Below are positions 1 to 11,365 of a DNA stretch of 20,000 nucleotides, piece after piece. Made by a program: the position numbers and the translations under genes. Under the pieces are notes generated by a model that ran no database searches, was not told the origin of the DNA, and saw only the letters and a list, made by a program, of their open reading frames with translations. The first letter of the stretch is position 1. The number at the start of each line of letters is the position of its first letter. The stretch spans positions 60,247 to 80,246 of the forward strand of contig JYFJ02001436.1 of the NCBI GenBank assembly GCA_000934665.2, written 5' to 3'. The DNA comes from Catajapyx aquilonaris. Lineage: Eukaryota.

Positions 1-372
1 TGGGCGTTCCATTATGTGCAAAATAAAGCTAAGGTCTAACTAAGCAATAGGTGTATAATTTGAAGGACAGTCTCTGCACAAATAAATGGTGCATGTAACT
101 TGTTACATGTGTTTGATATTTATAACTGGGAGGTATTGAAAGTATAACTATCTTTAGAAGGAGTAGTATGTGGTGAAATAATTTATGGAATACTGTACAC
201 TTACAGTATATCAAACCGCTTCTAGCAGTTTTACTTTTATACGGTATTCCTGTTGTATATTTTATGCATTATTTAAAATAACGCATGATGTAGGTAACTG
301 GTTGAGCCTAAATAGTATGACAATAAAAAATGCATTACTCTAGCACAGTATGAGAGTACAGTCTTGCAAGGC

Positions 373-448
373 AAAGGGGAGGGCTACATGCTGGCCCAAC
401 ATGGCCGCAGGCGGCCATGTTGGGCCCCCCAATGTAGCCCTCCCCTTT
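373..448. repeat. Nested inverted repeat (foldback), probably part of a non-autonomous DNA element
   Basis: Outer arms AAAGGGGAGGGCTACAT (373-389) / ATGTAGCCCTCCCCTTT (432-448) are a perfect 17 bp match. Inner arms GGCCCAACATGGCCGC (393-408) / GCGGCCATGTTGGGCC (411-426) are a perfect 16 bp match with a 2-nt spacer. Confidence 0.9.
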
Positions 449-811
449 CGTTCCTATAAAGTTCAGCCTTAGTCCGGTAGGGTCGCCACATAAATGCTCT
501 GGAAAATGTCTCATGGCGCTCTCAAGTGAGCACCCGGTGCGTAATCCTTCGGCAGGGGGTGGGTGGGGAGTGACCTAACCTGAGTCTTCTACAGCCGTGG
601 TGAAGACCAGAAATGCAGAACAATAGTACTATTATTACTAGAGTACCATTGGACTAATTTTGGAATATGATAGGTTTTAACTATGGCATTATTCCTTGTG
701 GGATCTCCTTTTTTACAAACATTTTTCAAAGGTCTAAGCAGTCTAAGGGATGTAGGGGAAAGTTGATCAATGTTGGAAATATTAATAGTGTTTTAATATC
801 AATGTCACACA

Positions 812-975
812 GGGCGGACGGTTGTGTAGTGGTTATCTCCACAGCCTGACCTCTGAGGTCCCGAGTTCGATCCCACAATCAAAACCCATCGCAACACAGG
901 TAGTTATTAAAGACGTTAACTTAAAAGATGATCCCCTAAAATGCCCAAGGAGGCCTATCACGTGGTATCTATAAT
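812..975 (+). mobile_element. tRNA-derived SINE-like element (Pol III A and B boxes)
   Basis: A-box-like TGTGTAGTGG (823-832) and B-box GAGTTCGATCC (863-873) at tRNA-like spacing. No acceptor stem and the T-stem does not pair, so it is not an intact tRNA. The 3' end is approximate (AT-rich stretch near 970-980). Confidence 0.65.
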
Positions 976-1113
976 TATTTTTATATCAATTAGGTACTAT
1001 CTTGGTGATACCAATGAAGTAATATTCGGCCATTGCAAATTTCCATCTCAATCTGAGGAGGTCGGATTTGGGGTTGATCGATTTGACATGGACTGACCCA
1101 TATCGCCAGTAGG

Positions 1114-1127
1114 GCGCCACCTGCTGT
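1114..1127 (-). promoter_or_regulatory. Candidate CTCF binding motif
   Basis: Minus strand reads ACAGCAGGTGGCGC, one mismatch from the core CCASYAGRKGGCRS. Motif match only. Confidence 0.4.
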
Positions 1128-1250
1128 TGCCTTCGTCGGTTTGTCAGTCACCAATCAAGACGGAACCAGAGAGACTATAAAGCATATTTTCGACATAAAC
1201 TGTGTGTTTTTAAGCATTTCCTCTGGAACAAACTACTTTATTTAAGCTAA

Positions 1251-1294
1251 CCTCGAAACCTATAGTAACTTTGTTGATATTATAGGTTGCGAGG
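1251..1294. repeat. Short imperfect inverted repeat
   Basis: CCTCGAAACCTATA (1251-1264) vs TATAGGTTGCGAGG (1281-1294), 13/14 complementary and extendable inward with mismatches. Confidence 0.7.
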
Positions 1295-2021
1295 ACTGTG
1301 TTGCGAAGGAGATCTAGCCTGCAAAAATTGTTCAAATGGACAATTCCCAATCAGAAATCCATTGCAATATTTATTCACAGCATTGATAAAGGATTTAACT
1401 CGGTCTAATTTTACCAGCTAATACAGAAGAAACGAACTGCAAAGAGAAATGGATTATGTTGCACGGAAAACCGAACCAGTCACCTCCCGAATGGCAGCCT
1501 CAACACCCATCACTAATCTGTAGGCCGTCTTGTTAGAAAAATGGGTAGTTATATTTAATTGGCCAACTGACGCAAATAATCTGCGTGCGTGTTTTACAAG
1601 AAAAAAACGATAGTGTGACATTAAAAACTCTTAGGAATAAACGAGGATCATTAATATTTCCAGGTGAAAAACAGGCTGTTACACTAAACGCTCTTTCGGG
1701 GCCATGTAGTATCCGATGAAGAAAATATAAGTTATGCGTCGTGCGAGGAAACCACTTACGTGACGTTGATATCCGACTGTCAAAAGTAAAATATGACCAT
1801 ATTTAGGAAGGAAGCACAAACTGGAAAATAATGGTGTTTGAAGATGGGTTCTGCAAGCTTATGTCAGTGTCGCGCATAGATATTAAGTGGTTTGGCGGAG
1901 GGCGCTGATCAAAAGCAATAGGACTTTGATACATTTAAATAATAATTAACAAACAATACATTATCCATCGATATGACGAAACCTGCATGCGATACTTTAT
2001 GATACTCTTGCATTACTAAGG

Positions 2022-2073
2022 CAGGGTTGCATCACTGCGAGTTTCGAGCTAAACCCGCGATGGTGCAACCTTA
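2022..2073. repeat. Imperfect ~50 bp hairpin with hAT-like CAGGGTTGCA / TGCAACCTTA ends
   Basis: Arms 2024-2044 and 2051-2071 are 16/21 complementary with a 6-nt loop. A second CAGGGTTGCA lies at 2104-2113. No 8-bp target-site duplication seen. Confidence 0.5.
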
Positions 2074-2809
2074 TAGTGTGTCGTAAAGTGTGGTCGGAAG
2101 GTACAGGGTTGCAGCCAGACCATTCAACGTGTATCAATTCAGTCGTCGTTGTTCCTAACTTAACAAATCTATAGTTATATTTATTATTGATCAGTGTAGT
2201 GTTGAGGTATAGGCCTACTAATAAAACAGTATGTTTGCATGGTTTGCCTGATCCTATCGATTCACTGTTCTTATATCCTACCAGAACGATTTTCTCATTT
2301 GGACCATTCGCTGAACCAGCTACAAATGCCATTTCCGGGTTTTTCACTGTAAATGGTAGTTTGAGTCTTTACGGTTAACAGTGTGGGTTGTGCGAGCGTA
2401 CTTCCTCGTAAAACACGTATATATATTTTTAACGGCTACTATATATGGCCCCAAAACAGCTTTCTTCAAAACACCTAAAATTGCACTTCTGGTTAGTTTT
2501 TCATCCCGAATATGGTCCTCGTTTCTAAGTGTCAGACTAGCTTTGTTCCTATATAGTAAAAGACATCAATTTTGTGTATTTGTTGGTCTGTCGTAATTCA
2601 TAATGACCAAAATAGTACTTGAACATCAGAAACTAGGCCACACTTCAACAGCTGTGTCACACACTGCCTAACTCAATAATTTTGACCACAATGATACTGA
2701 TAGAAAGACTTGAATATATAATAATATATAATAACAATGGTTAGTACGGATCTCCTTGGAAGTATTACACGGACCTTTATTTAAACGCACAGTAGGCCTA
2801 CAGTACAAT

Positions 2810-3060
2810 GTCCTTGTTCTGCTGCTGCGCTCTGGTAACTGTCGTATAGGGGAGGGGGAGGTTCCCAAGGGAGGGCGCTCTTAAATACAGTAGTTTCTAG
2901 TCATTTCAGACCCTCTTAAATACCAGCCCTTTTCTCCTGGCCACGGGCAGAGAAGGGAATGCAATTCTGCCCGGGGAGGTCGGGTGAAAAGCGGAAAAAG
3001 ACCTGACCAATCAGAGGTGACGGGGTCGGGATTTGAACCACGGACCTCCCTCTTGGCTAA
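2810..3060 (-). mobile_element. 5'-truncated tRNA-derived SINE-like element
   Basis: Minus strand GAGGTCCGTGGTTCAAATCCC (plus 3028-3048) is a B-box/T-arm similar to GAGGTCCCGAGTTCGATCCC in the 812 element. The GC-rich body has an internal direct repeat CTCTTAAATAC (2878-2888, 2913-2923). No A box is seen and the boundaries are approximate. Confidence 0.5.
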
Positions 3061-5492
3061 TATAATTATAGTTGTTGTGATTGTAATGGAAATTGTGCCA
3101 TTTATTCACTCCGGGAAGTAATTCTTTATATTCTCTCTGTGTACATGTGTAAATGGAAAATATTTCCACTTCTCCGGCTCAATTTGATGGATGGAAGAAA
3201 CGTGTGTGGGCTCGGTGTGGGCATAAAAGTTATGCAGCTAGACTACATGATAACACGAGTTCAGAGTATTTATGCAGGCCCCACGACAGCAAATCACATC
3301 TCTGACATTTAAGATTAACGTCCGCGAACATTCCCTGTAGCCCAATTGCACATTCAGTATTACATCTGCTAGACGCCTCATGTATACTGTATATACGATT
3401 AAAGTCTGATGTACTGCTTTCGTTGGCGATATGAGAAACGGCTCTCGGACTAATGTCGTGTTTCTGTCGGTTATTGGCCTGTCTGCTGGACAATATTACT
3501 TTGACAGTATTTCTCAATCCGTCAACACGATTTGTAAACCTAACTACAGTGTGCTCTGTGTTTAAAAGATTCAGATGAATTCCAATTTTTGTTTCGTTTT
3601 GAGCGATCCAGTACACGTCAGTACATTAATGTATGTATTGTGTAATGTCCACAAAGGTAAACACCGCCCTTGACTGAAGCAATGCTGAGTTCCAGAGGGC
3701 ACTACGGGACGTTACGCTTGCACGGCCTTTAAGATGTCCTTCCTCAAGTCTATACCGAAGGAAGAGAAAGTAGTTAGTCAAACCATTCAAGAGGTGCCAA
3801 ATAGGTGTTAGGACCAAAATACTACACCTGCTGCACATTGTGTGAGCGTCTCCTGGAATATTCTCAGCAACTTGCCAGCCCGTGCCAAGATGGCTGACAT
3901 TTTTGGAAAAAAGAAAATTTAAATTTAAGGGCCTGCTCATTCAACCCTATCGTCTTTCCTACTTTCTCTCCCAATCCTCCTAACCTCCAAAGGCCCAGCC
4001 CCAGCATGCTCCTTTCCCCCCCTCAGATGTTTGACTTCAGGACTGATTATTCTCAAGTGAATCTTCATCTACCACGAAATGAAATTGCATGGCGAAATCC
4101 GTCCGATGCGCTTTCCAGAGATAGAAAAAAAGAAGCTAAATCCTCCCAGATATCGATTGTTGCACTGTGCCTCAAAGAAAGTGCTCGCCAATGTGAAGCA
4201 ATGTGTAAACAATGCTGATGTGGAAACCCAATCCCTTTGACCTGCACAATTGGCAACGGTAAACAATTGTGGTTGGCCTGTGGTGACGGGTGTAAAGTGA
4301 AGGTTAATAGACCCATAATAAACAGGCACTAAAGGAAGTTCTCAGCTGTTATTTTTGATCAGGTCGTCAACCAACAATTACGAAATATTAATCAGCATCA
4401 ATACAATCTTAATGCAAAATTAGGACCATATCAGTTGCGTAACTCTCTCAAAAACTGTGGCATCCTGATCTTACTAAACATAGTGGCACCAGCGTGACCC
4501 AATCACAGAAAATGGTATTACTAAACATTCTTATCTTATTGGGAAATATTTTCGTTGACCTTCACCTACTTTTGGCTCCAGATGGCATAAACCAAAACCA
4601 TTTTTTAAAAATGAGTTGAGGATTGTGAGACCTAATAATTATATTGTATTCTCGTGAATTTGAGTTGAAATTCCCAAATTGCGTATATCCATGTTATGGT
4701 AGAGTTTTACGGGCATTGACGTCACTGATGGTACCGTTACTCTGCGGAGTAGCATGCCTCTTAGGAACGCTATTAGCTGCGCGTGCTGCACTAAATTTTA
4801 TAGCCTATTAAGTTAGTACTCATAAACGTCAATTGACGCATTGTAGATGTCAGACTGTCGACACTGTGTTCTATATATTATGTACTCTTTGGATCCTAAG
4901 AAATGCCGATGATAATCCCTGATGCTTTATGGTGTTAGCATATTTGACATTGTGATGCCTTCCATGACAAATACAGACGCGATAAGTGTTTAAAACGCTT
5001 AGCCTGTGGATGCTACAGTATAATCTCTGATTGTAGTCCGACCCATGATCAAATGAGTTGGCCCCGAGGAAACTTTTGTGGCCACTGTCAGGAGCAGCTT
5101 TTTGGGCTAAATCCATGAACTAAAGAGAATCTGTTCAAGTTTTGTGGCATTTCTCCAGGAAGTTGTCCTCCGATTCAGCCAATGACAAGCCGAGTTTTCT
5201 TAACACAGTGCTACATATCGATTTCATGCTAACTGAACGCTAAAAGAGGTCGATTGGTTTTTACTCTTGGGAAATGCCTCGTTTTAAAAGAGGTGGGTTT
5301 TTGTGTTATTCAGAGGAAAAAAAATTGGCTTCCTTGTATAGCAAACTGTTTGATTGCTATTGCTGTTTCCACCGTCATGCCACATTTGACTTTTAAAATC
5401 TTATCGCTCGTCTCTCTTCTGGATGTTTCTTGACAGTTTCATCTTGGCTGTCGTTTTTATCGCACCTGTTCTGCATTTGTATCGGTTCTACA

Positions 5493-5713
5493 CCCTGTAA
5501 ACCGCACAACATTAAAAGAGCATCACTGGTGAGTCTCTCATGGAACATCAATTTGGAAGGTTCTTCTAATGCTCTTGTGATGCTCCTGTGATGCTTTTAG
5601 CAACAAAAAAAGCATCACAGGAGCATCACAAGAGCATTAGAAGAGCCTTACAAATTGATGTTCCATGAGAGACTCACCAGTGATGCTCTTTGAATGTTTT
5701 GCAGTTTACAGTG
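5493..5713. mobile_element. Foldback MITE with C(A/C)CTG termini (CACTA/EnSpm-like)
   Basis: Two 106-bp arms (5493-5598, 5608-5713) with about 6 mismatches and a 9-nt spacer. Ends are CCCTGTAAA...TTTACAGTG, with internal repeated AGCATCAC units. Flanks are CA / TA, so the duplication is imperfect. The superfamily call is inference from the termini. Confidence 0.85.
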
Positions 5714-5740
5714 TACTTAACATGGATAGGCTATACTGAA

Positions 5741-5847
5741 GTACTATATCGCTCAAAAAGATAGAGACGATTGGCATTTGATTCAAGTGCAAGTTGCACT
5801 TGAGTCAAATGCAAAATCGTCTCTTATCTTTTTGGGCGATATAGTAC
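5741..5847. mobile_element. Foldback palindromic element with TA flanks
   Basis: Arms 5741-5792 and 5794-5847 with a 1-nt spacer, about 3 mismatches and 2 single-base indels. Reads TA|CTATATCGC...GCGATATAG|TA. Confidence 0.85.
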
Positions 5848-6633
5848 ATCTTTAATAAACAACGCCATCAACATGGTAAGGTAAGTGATCCTAGATTGTT
5901 AAATAATGTCATGATTGACTTCATATGGATGAACAAAATATCGGACGAGCAAAAACCCGTTTTCAGGTAGTTTGTTTACTGGAGTAATTGAATAACCATG
6001 CAGTACAAGAACAAAGGGTTTAGAGTATAGCAAACGTCACTGTTATATCTCTCTGTAGTATAGGCCTACGTCTAATAAAATTTACGACCAGAATAATAGG
6101 CTTATTTTAGTATAGCTGGAATGTACAGTATTGCTGTGCATAGAGCAGCACCGTAGCAAGGAATATTTAAAAATAATGACTCTAAATAAATTCTTGAGTA
6201 AACTTAGACCTACAATTTCAGTTGCAGGCCTGTCTTCATAACTTCTAGAGATATACGCAGCACTAAGTTAGGGTCTCGTAATAATACTGTAGGCCTACGT
6301 TTTATGAGAAATACAATATACTGTAAGTGTACTGTAGGCCTACATGTAGTCTCCTGTGAACCCTATGAACTCCAGGAGGCAATTTTGGTAGCGGTATGAT
6401 CATACTACCAACTTATATAATATATTTTAAATTAATTGGTTTCACTTCTAGCGTAATTTTTCACCGTGGCCTTGAAAAACGTGAGCAGTTTCAATGTTTA
6501 TGAGTGTCTACGTTGTACACATGAAATTCTTCATTTACATTATCGTACGTCGCGTCATACGTCACCAGAATAGTAGCCTACGATGCTAGAATGGTAACTG
6601 CTATTGCTGTCCACATCATTTTCTGGTTGAGTC

Positions 6634-6706
6634 AATTGAGGTGGAAGCCAGAAACATATGTTTCTGGCTTCCACCTCAATTTTGTGACAATATTGTCACA
6701 AAATTG
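6634..6706. repeat. Two overlapping perfect zero-spacer palindromes (48 bp and 30 bp)
   Basis: AATTGAGGTGGAAGCCAGAAACAT|ATGTTTCTGGCTTCCACCTCAATT (6634-6681) and CAATTTTGTGACAAT|ATTGTCACAAAATTG (6677-6706), sharing CAATT. Confidence 0.95.
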
Positions 6707-6739
6707 TGCAATTTACATTTCGTAGAGAGAAATTCACAA

Positions 6740-7027
6740 ACACAACCACACATTCCTGCGCCCCATAGGCTGTGGGGGCAAGAAAAACACACATTTTCGA
6801 AGCGAGTGTAAACTGATCTAACCTAACCTAACCATGCCTAACCTAACCATACCTAACCTACCCTACCTATCCTAGGCTGAGAAAAATGGACTTTTGCAAA
6901 ACCCTACATAACGGAATTGTGGGGACATGTCCCCATTGAAGCAGTATCCCACCATGCGTTTTTGCTGTGGGGACGCGAAATGTCCCCACAATTTGGAGCA
7001 TGTCCCCAGAGCTACAGTCAAAACACC
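6740..7027. mobile_element. Unclassified non-autonomous element with a CCTAA tract and TGGGGAC/GTCCCCA inverted motifs
   Basis: Degenerate (CCTAA)n at 6818-6874; palindrome TGGGGACATGTCCCCA (6920-6935); perfect 14-bp inverted pair AATTGTGGGGACAT (6915-6928) / ATGTCCCCACAATT (6980-6993); further copies at 6966-6974 and 6999-7008. Ends are approximate. Confidence 0.55.
6818..6874 (+). repeat. Degenerate (CCTAA)n tandem tract
   Basis: CTAACCTAACCTAACCATGCCTAACCTAACCATACCTAACCTACCCTACCTATCCTA. Confidence 0.85.
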
Positions 7028-10000
7028 AACCTTAGTCCTCAGACCCTATGCGAGACCTGAACATGCGCCCTCGCTTACGTCGCCATTGGTGGCAGTGGGA
7101 GGAGGCTTCTCCTGATTGGTCCGTCGGGCTCCATCGTGCGCGAAGATGAGGTGTGGTCAATGGTGTGGTCATCCCAGAATCACCTCCGCGTGTTTCGTTT
7201 TACGTCCTTTTAACCGGATATTTAAAATTATTTTAATAGGACACTCAACGTTTTCATAATATATCACAGTGTATGGGCAATCAGAGAAAATTATGTGAGA
7301 TTATTTCCATTAGCTGTTCGCCCGGAAAAAATAAAATCAACTTCAAGATGCCACACAACAAATGAAGCTGCTAGGGTCATCTGATTATTAGTGAATCACA
7401 TCTTATGGCCCCATAAGGTCCTGCTGCCTCTTGGCAGTGGGGTGGACATAAAACCAGGAGTTTCATGAATCTCAGGCGGACTTTATAGACGTGCAAAAAT
7501 GGCGAAAAACCCCGGCAGGCGTGGGTTAAAAGTAAGATATCACCATATCGGTATGCCAACCATTTCCGACAACTCATAGCGTAACTGAGCGAGATAATAA
7601 GCTAGGGAAGAAGCTGAAATGTTCACACATCATCCATTTGACATAAGGTATCTGGGAAATAATACGTATAACATGACTACTCTTAGTATTTCCGAGCTTC
7701 TCATCGTCACTGTTATTGCGTTGGGTTGTCCGGAGTGGATGGAATTATTAAGATAAGGCTGTGGGTGGAATCTGACTTTTAACAGGTGATGAAATACAGT
7801 ATACGTATCCATAAAGAAAAATTGCAGTGGAGTTCGTGTAGAACCTCTAATTACCTTACATAACATTTATAAATTAGGCCTACATAGGCCTACCGTCTTC
7901 CTTAATTATTATTTTCCCTCAACGTGTGTGTCCTCTGCAGAGGATACTCAAACAGGCATGCTATTTGCAGATAACTTCTTCATTTTGGGCCGCAGTGACA
8001 GGAACTTCCTCAGAACTCCCCCTTCAAGACAAGTAGACCTGTACGACCAAGTTCTAAGTTGAAGTGCATGTCTATAGAGCAGAAAAGCGCTTTGATCTAG
8101 TGCAGTGTAGAGTCCAAAGTTTAGAGCCCTAATTGAGAGCTTTTGCAGCAATTAACATAGCCAATGTAAGTGGGGCAGTGGCGACAAAATTCATGTAGTG
8201 CACAAACCCTCTTGTATTTTACGGGAAAGACGCCATCAATAATTACAATACTTCTGAGGCCACTTTATGATGTCAAATACATTAATTTAGCACAGCATGA
8301 TGACCTTCGCTGTAAAGTATTACTAATCTTATACTGCTGTATACTTCATACATAACTCATCCTAGTCACATTGGAGTGATTTCAAGATATGCAGGTTTGA
8401 AGTTTGAAGATTGCATAGCGCCTTATGGAGCCCCCTTTTAAAAATATTCTACGGGACTGTAGTGTTTGTCTTGCAAAAAATTTATTGACCCTCAGAAAGT
8501 ACTCTTTCTTGTCATAGCCTACAATGAAGAAGTACAAATTTTGACGCTTACTTCTGGTCCCTTTTGTTGACCTGTTTGTAAAATATCATGAGTGTATCAT
8601 GATTCTGCAATAAAATTCCCTGCTTAAGAATATAGGCTACTATGTTATCAGATGCCTATATGCTTGAACTGGGAGTTATACCTCATCATGATACAATATT
8701 ACCCGTAATCAAGAAATTCAGTTTTGATGTGCCCCTAACATAATAATTAAGTTGAACCTATTCAATACAACATTTCTTCCTAGAGAATGAATTTTAGATC
8801 CATTACAGTATGATATAGGAAAGAACCATGATGAAACCAGAGCTCAAAATACTTGTACGCAAGTCACTACATATTGCATGTATGCTACTCATGCATGCAT
8901 TTGTCAACTAATCATGTTTATGCAGCAGTAAGTGATTCCCAATATTTTTTTCATTGCTCAGCTAAAATTTTTCGATGATGCTATTTTTGCATACTATACA
9001 GCACTAGCACAGATAATCTATATTATACAAGTAGAGTAGTAAGCTACCGAAGCTGTAGAGTATTACTGTAGTTGTCATGATGTAGATAGCAAAATTTTGC
9101 AAGCAAAGGAAAGGCTAGCCCTGGTGCTCTCTATAAACATGAAAAAATATCGGACTGTTGATGTCCAGGCTAATAGCACATGCCAACATTCGAACATTGT
9201 AATTTGGGTAAATACCACTGCATTGCCCACACCCGTCGACAGCGTCATTTTGAGGCGATATAATATACTCTCAGATTATTCAGCCACATGATCTACGGTA
9301 AGTTAGACCGTACGGACCTATTACCAGGTGCAAGGAATGCACTATTCACTTTACACCTCAAAATAACTGGACGTAATGAATTATTCCATTACAGTATTTT
9401 ACATAATTACGTATACTATACACAATGCTTTAAGTGGTTCGATATCGATTATACGTCTATACTGTCAAGTATACACTGTTTGAATAAAACTCCTAAAACC
9501 CAAATCGGCCATGTTGCCAGCTGAATGTGGCCCATATCTTGTGAAGTTCTCCAAGGTGACATGAGGATGAAGAGATTGCACTGTAACCATACTTCGGCCT
9601 TGAGTCCTTGTCGGAAGTAATCAGCGTCAAATTGACAAATCTGTCGTCTGTAATGTAACTTACATTATTGCCACGAGAAATCTCACCTAGTCGGAGGTAA
9701 AACTCTTCGTGAACATGAACTATTATAGCTCTGTCGATTCAGCTTTAATAATGCAAAGCTCCAGTTTTGCATCAAGAAGCAAACATTGCTCTATAACCAT
9801 AATTTATACTTATCGAATACATTATGTAAGTTATAGTCTGCATATATTCGAGCAGTCGAAGCGTTGCTTTGTCATTTCCTAAAAATTTCTCATGTTTGAA
9901 CTTCACGGCACAATAATGTGGGTAGTTGAAATAATGTGTGTGCCTTTGCTAATATTTAGCGGCAGTCAATTTTTTATTACATTGTATAAAATCCTCTAAA

Positions 10001-11036
10001 AGATCGTATTCGAATTCTTAGCTTCCGGAGCAACATTAAACGGCAGCTGGTCTGCAATAAATTCATTTTTTCGGAAGCTGTTAATCTGAAATTTTACAGT
10101 CCACTCTTACACGCAGTTTCTTCGGGGGTCTTCTGCCCTGTAAACTCGTGCCAACAAATGTTGTGCCCTTTTTAATAGGCCATTACCTGAACTTAATGCC
10201 GTCAAATTGCTTAGTTGGAGCAAATGATTTCGTGTGGTCTTAACGCTTCTCTAGGACATTAAGTCAGCTGTCAGACACCCGCAAAGATTAATGATGACTG
10301 TAAAGTCGCGACCTACGTACAAAGTGTTAGTAGACACGACGTTTCAGCTACATTGGAATTTACGTTTCCGCCCAGATTTCTTTATTTTCCCTCTTCAGCA
10401 TTCCGTTCCTGTCCGTCCTATTAGTAATGCCAATTCTAAAATTCTAACACCTTACTACAACAACAACAATTATATGAAAAGTAAAATACATATTGATTTT
10501 TCTATTTCTACCCACATGGTACACCCACTACAATTATCAAACGAAATGGCGGAGAATGACATATATTGAGGCACAAGTTAGTAAAAATACTGATTACTCT
10601 TGTCTGGCCTATTGGTTTTGCCTTGGATCATTTTCTCCGCTAATGAGCTGGTGCTAGCTGTGCCTGAACCGCGGCGCTAATTCGACAGCCCTAAAAAGAC
10701 CGGAAAATGAGCTTTATTTACGGAACAGTTGCAGGGCGGCCTGGATAAATAATCCACCGCCGTAATTTAACAAATAACATAATATGTCCATAACCATTCT
10801 CTAATAAGAAAGGGAGGCGCTCTGTATACTAAGAAGCACGGCAGTATTGATAAACGATTAAAGAACTTGGTTATTCAGCCTACTCTGCATAATACCAAGG
10901 AAAAGTGGGTCACGACTTTGGAGGCCGTTTTACATCATTTCACCTGAAACTAGTCCAAAAACTTGACTGGCGCCTTAAAAATAATGAGCCTGAAGTTAGC
11001 TTTTGTGTATTCTGGGCGAAGGATCAAACAGCCAGT

Positions 11037-11365
11037 AAAATGGCGCAAACACGTGGGTGCCTCCCACCTTCTTCCATCCCCCCCTCCCCTCCCCTTTTGT
11101 GGAAATAATTGCTGTCACCCTAGGGCTGTAATGTCAGACGTGACGAAATGGCTTCTTCCCAGAGAGAAACAATACACGGGGCCACACTCGGCAGAGAGAT
11201 AACAGCTGGGCACGAATGAAGAAATATTGATCGTAAGGAGAGAACGACAACGAGGGCCTCGGGTTTAAATGCGCAATTTCCCACGTGCTGGTGTACTATT
11301 TTGCCTCATTGTTTGCAGATAAGCAACAATGGAGTCTGCATTCGGATTCAGTGGGAAGATGGCGG
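11037..11365. promoter_or_regulatory. Promoter/enhancer-like motif cluster (YY1, E-box, C-tract)
   Basis: YY1-type AAAATGGCG (11037-11045) and AAGATGGCGG (11356-11365); CACGTG at 11050-11055 and 11282-11287; C7-T-C4-T-C4 at 11078-11094; TGACG at 11141. Locally GC/CpG-rich. Confidence 0.4.

Noticed and set aside
812..880. tRNA gene
   Set aside because: A and B boxes are present but the acceptor and T stems do not pair; a SINE head fits better.
2375..2671. TIR element bounded by CAGTGTG / CACACTG
   Set aside because: Only 7 bp of inverted match and no target-site duplication.
3230..3940. Two minus-strand ORFs (128 and 104 aa) as a gene or pseudogene
   Set aside because: No recognisable domain, and such lengths are expected by chance in 20 kb.
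4027..4258. Exon after the acceptor CTCCTTTCCCCCCCTCAG
   Set aside because: All three frames hit a stop before the plausible donor at about 4259, and no peptide is recognisable. A UTR exon cannot be excluded.
5493..5850. miRNA precursor or CRISPR-like repeats
   Set aside because: Arms are too long and TIR-like, no known miRNA sequence recognised, and there is no repeat-spacer periodicity.
6818..6874. Telomere or interstitial telomeric array (TTAGG)n
   Set aside because: Short, degenerate and embedded in an interspersed element.
7031..7385. Element bounded by GACCCTA / TAGGGTC
   Set aside because: The match is too short to define TIRs.
7941..8062. GMLFADN resembling the reverse-transcriptase (Y/F)ADD motif
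   Set aside because: The second catalytic Asp is missing, no other RT motifs are nearby, and the frame closes after about 40 codons.
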